DNA of 64,000 nucleotides from a virus (Duplodnaviria; Heunggongvirae; Uroviricota; Caudoviricetes): IMG/VR virus record IMGVR_UViG_3300021399_000101, positions 65,630 to 129,629 of that record; one strand, 5' to 3'. Shown piece by piece: positions 62,778 to 64,000 of this stretch (position 1 is its first letter; each line of letters starts with the position of its first letter). The notes under the pieces were generated by a model. It saw only the letters and a program-made list of their open reading frames with translations, ran no database searches and was not told where the DNA came from. The position numbers and the translations under genes were made by a program.

Positions 62778-62882
62778 ATGTCTTACTTTGATAAAATCTT
62801 GGCAAATCAGAATTTGCCTTATTTCATTCAAGAAAAAGAAGAAAGAGAAGAAACAGAGAAAGAAGACAAATCAGATAGTTAA
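62778..62882 (+). CDS. small acidic peptide (34 aa)
   Basis: Ribosome-binding site ACAGGGGAAAATTATG inside the tRNA spacer. Lies downstream of nested hairpins at 62650-62760. Confidence 0.3.
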   Translation: MSYFDKILANQNLPYFIQEKEEREETEKEDKSDS

Positions 62883-62888
62883 AAAAAT

Positions 62889-62960
62889 GGTCGGTTCGAC
62901 TAGTGGTTAGGTCGTGAGATTTTCAATCTCAAAATACGGGTTCAACTCCCGTACCGACCA
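62889..62960 (+). tRNA. tRNA-Glu (anticodon UUC), with encoded CCA
   Basis: GGTCGGT-TC-GACT-AGTGGTTA-GGTC-G-TGAGA-TTTTCAA-TCTCA-AAAT-ACGGG-TTCAACT-CCCGT-ACCGACC-A. Confidence 0.8.
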
Positions 62961-62968
62961 ATTAAAAT

Positions 62969-63052
62969 GCTAGGGTGCGGGAACTGGTATACCGAGCTGA
63001 CTTAAAATCAGCTGCCCTAAAGGGATTGGGAGTTCAAATCTCCTCCCTAGCA
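62969..63052 (+). tRNA. tRNA-Leu (anticodon UAA), type II with a long variable arm
   Basis: Acceptor GCTAGGG/CCCTAGC. Anticodon arm GCTGA-CTTAAAA-TCAGC. Variable arm TGCCCTAAAGGGATTG. T-arm GGGAG-TTCAAAT-CTCCT. Confidence 0.75.
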
Positions 63053-63061
63053 TAATTCATC

Positions 63062-63133
63062 GCAGGGGAAAGTGCTGGCGTACTGAACACTCTCATAAGG
63101 TGTATAAGGGTAGGTTCGATTCCTACCCCTGCA
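63062..63133 (+). tRNA. tRNA with anticodon CAU (Met, or Ile2 if lysidinylated); unusual D-arm
   Basis: Acceptor GCAGGGG/CCCCTGC. Anticodon arm ACACT-CTCATAA-GGTGT. T-arm GGTAG-GTTCGATT-CCTACC. Confidence 0.6.
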
Positions 63134-63140
63134 AAATATT

Positions 63141-63485
63141 ATGTTTAAGGAATTAAAAATGAAGAAGTTTAATGAAGCGAAGGACAAGTCAAGAGCAAAT
63201 CTTGATAAGCTCATATCTTTATATGACCAGTATAGGCAGATGGAGTACACGCTTTTCGAGCAATATAACCTTTGTCTTGAAGACCCAAAGTTTGATACGC
63301 TCTATATGAACATAGAGCCACTTGTCAAGTATAGGGGTTATATCGAGAACGACCTCAATGGAACAGAAAGCCATTCAAGCACTACGCAGGTCATTAAGGA
63401 GTTCAAGAAACTTCTTGAATCGTACGATAATGCGTTGGATAGTTTTAATTGTAAAGAACCTACAATGACGACAATGTTGAATTAA
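63141..63485 (+). CDS. hypothetical protein (114 aa)
   Basis: Ribosome-binding site TAAGGAATTAAAAATG directly after the tRNA cluster. Confidence 0.5.
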   Translation: MFKELKMKKFNEAKDKSRANLDKLISLYDQYRQMEYTLFEQYNLCLEDPKFDTLYMNIEPLVKYRGYIENDLNGTESHSSTTQVIKEFKKLLESYDNALDSFNCKEPTMTTMLN

Positions 63486-63493
63486 GAAAAGAT

Positions 63494-63612
63494 GGATACA
63501 CACAGCAAATATTTTTTTTAGGTCTTGTAAACCCGGTGTCGTTGGTTCGAGTCCAACCTGAAGGTTAGCCCCTTCAGTAGCTCAGATGGCAGAGCACGAT
63601 AAAAATGTATCC
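63494..63612 (+). ncRNA. circularly permuted tRNA-like element, paralog of 25286-25380: outer helix GGATAC(A)/(T)GTATCC, T-arm GTTGG-TTCGAGT-CCAAC, acceptor hairpin CTGAAGG-TTAGCC-CCTTCAG, D-arm GCTC-AGATGGCA-GAGC
   Basis: Both copies share GGATRCACACAGCAA after the outer 5' strand and RYATCCAGT at the 3' strand. Confidence 0.4.
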
Positions 63613-63637
63613 AGTGTATTTTGAGGTGAAACAAAAT

Positions 63638-63883
63638 ATGTCTGATAATGATTTTATAATGGTTCGCAAAATGACAGACTTCTTAAAGCGTTTCGGGCGA
63701 AATAATTACGAAGTCTTTGCTTCAGACGATGAATTACTGATAAAATTCTATCTTGAAAAAGGGGAACCTGAAGTCTGGATAAGTACTGAATATTATGCAG
63801 TTGTCTTTGACGATTACTCTGGATTTGAGCAGCTAACGCTTGATGAGTTGATAGAAAAATTTGAAGCATGGGAAAAGGCTTAG
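63638..63883 (+). CDS. hypothetical protein (81 aa)
   Basis: Ribosome-binding site TGAGGTGAAACAAAATATG. Confidence 0.5.
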   Translation: MSDNDFIMVRKMTDFLKRFGRNNYEVFASDDELLIKFYLEKGEPEVWISTEYYAVVFDDYSGFEQLTLDELIEKFEAWEKA

Positions 63884-64000
63884 TCTAAATATGAATACAG
63901 ATAAAACAAAAATTTGTAGAACAGAAAAAGAATATCTAGACTTAATGCGTACTTTGGAAAGATATAATTTTCATTGGCGTTGCGGGCAAAACCCAACTGA

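Noticed and set aside
62655-62882. 75-aa ORF spanning the tRNA spacer
   Set aside because: Its 5' two-thirds run through nested hairpins and have no ribosome-binding site. Only the distal 34 codons (62778-62882) have a plausible GGGGAAAA ribosome-binding site, and even that was kept at low confidence.

Overview
This 64 kb window is AT-rich and reads like part of a large virulent bacteriophage genome. Nearly all genes are on the + strand and tightly packed, often with ATGA or TGATG stop/start overlaps. Most have strong AAGGAG-type ribosome-binding sites, and more than 25 copies of an extended sigma70-like promoter (TTGACAAAAATCTTAAAAATTTTATAATTAAG) are spread through it. That signal pattern suggests a low-GC Gram-positive-type host, but this is inference.

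Recognisable contents, in order:
- **Radical SAM block (1-6200):** a Cys/Ser-rich low-complexity ORF tail, four tandem paralogous radical SAM enzymes, and a NodU/CmcH-type carbamoyltransferase.
- **Glycosyltransferases:** two tandem GT32-family genes, the only sizeable minus-strand genes.
- **MTLREE genes:** a run of small genes, three of which share an identical 15-nt start (MTLREE...).
- **Virion structural block (14.3-22.2 kb):** three large proteins of 1487, 687 and 453 aa.
- **Enzymes and transporters further on:** a lipase_3-like hydrolase, a DnaQ-like exonuclease, serine hydroxymethyltransferase (glyA), an SPFH/band-7 protein, an NCS2 uracil permease, an NMN-adenylyltransferase-like gene next to a PnuC-like transporter, a PncA/isochorismatase-like hydrolase, three calcineurin-like metallophosphoesterases and a fifth radical SAM enzyme.
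- **Nucleotide metabolism and replication:** an anaerobic ribonucleotide reductase module (nrdH-like, nrdG, nrdD) and an isolated DnaE palm-domain fragment.
- **Regulatory and ligase features:** a tandem array of four palindromic operator/promoter units feeding a codon-optimised small gene, a covalent nucleotidyltransferase (RNA-ligase-like), and two lipobox lipoproteins.
- **Other:** many small hypothetical and membrane proteins.

Two non-coding regions stand out. The first (52.6-55.3 kb) holds a family of five paralogous tRNA(-like) genes that share acceptor, D and T arms but differ by compensatory changes in the anticodon stem. Three carry a CUC (Glu) anticodon, one carries UUC, and one has a collapsed anticodon loop; degenerate tRNA-like minihelices sit nearby. 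The second (62.3-63.2 kb) holds canonical tRNAs (Lys-UUU, Glu-UUC, Leu-UAA, Met/CAU-like).

Two further elements (25286-25380 and 63494-63612) look like circularly permuted tRNAs. In each, a T-arm plus 3' acceptor strand lies upstream of the matching 5' acceptor strand plus D-arm, and the pair is closed by a 6-7 bp outer helix.

All functional calls rest on motifs I recognised by eye. I ran no database searches.
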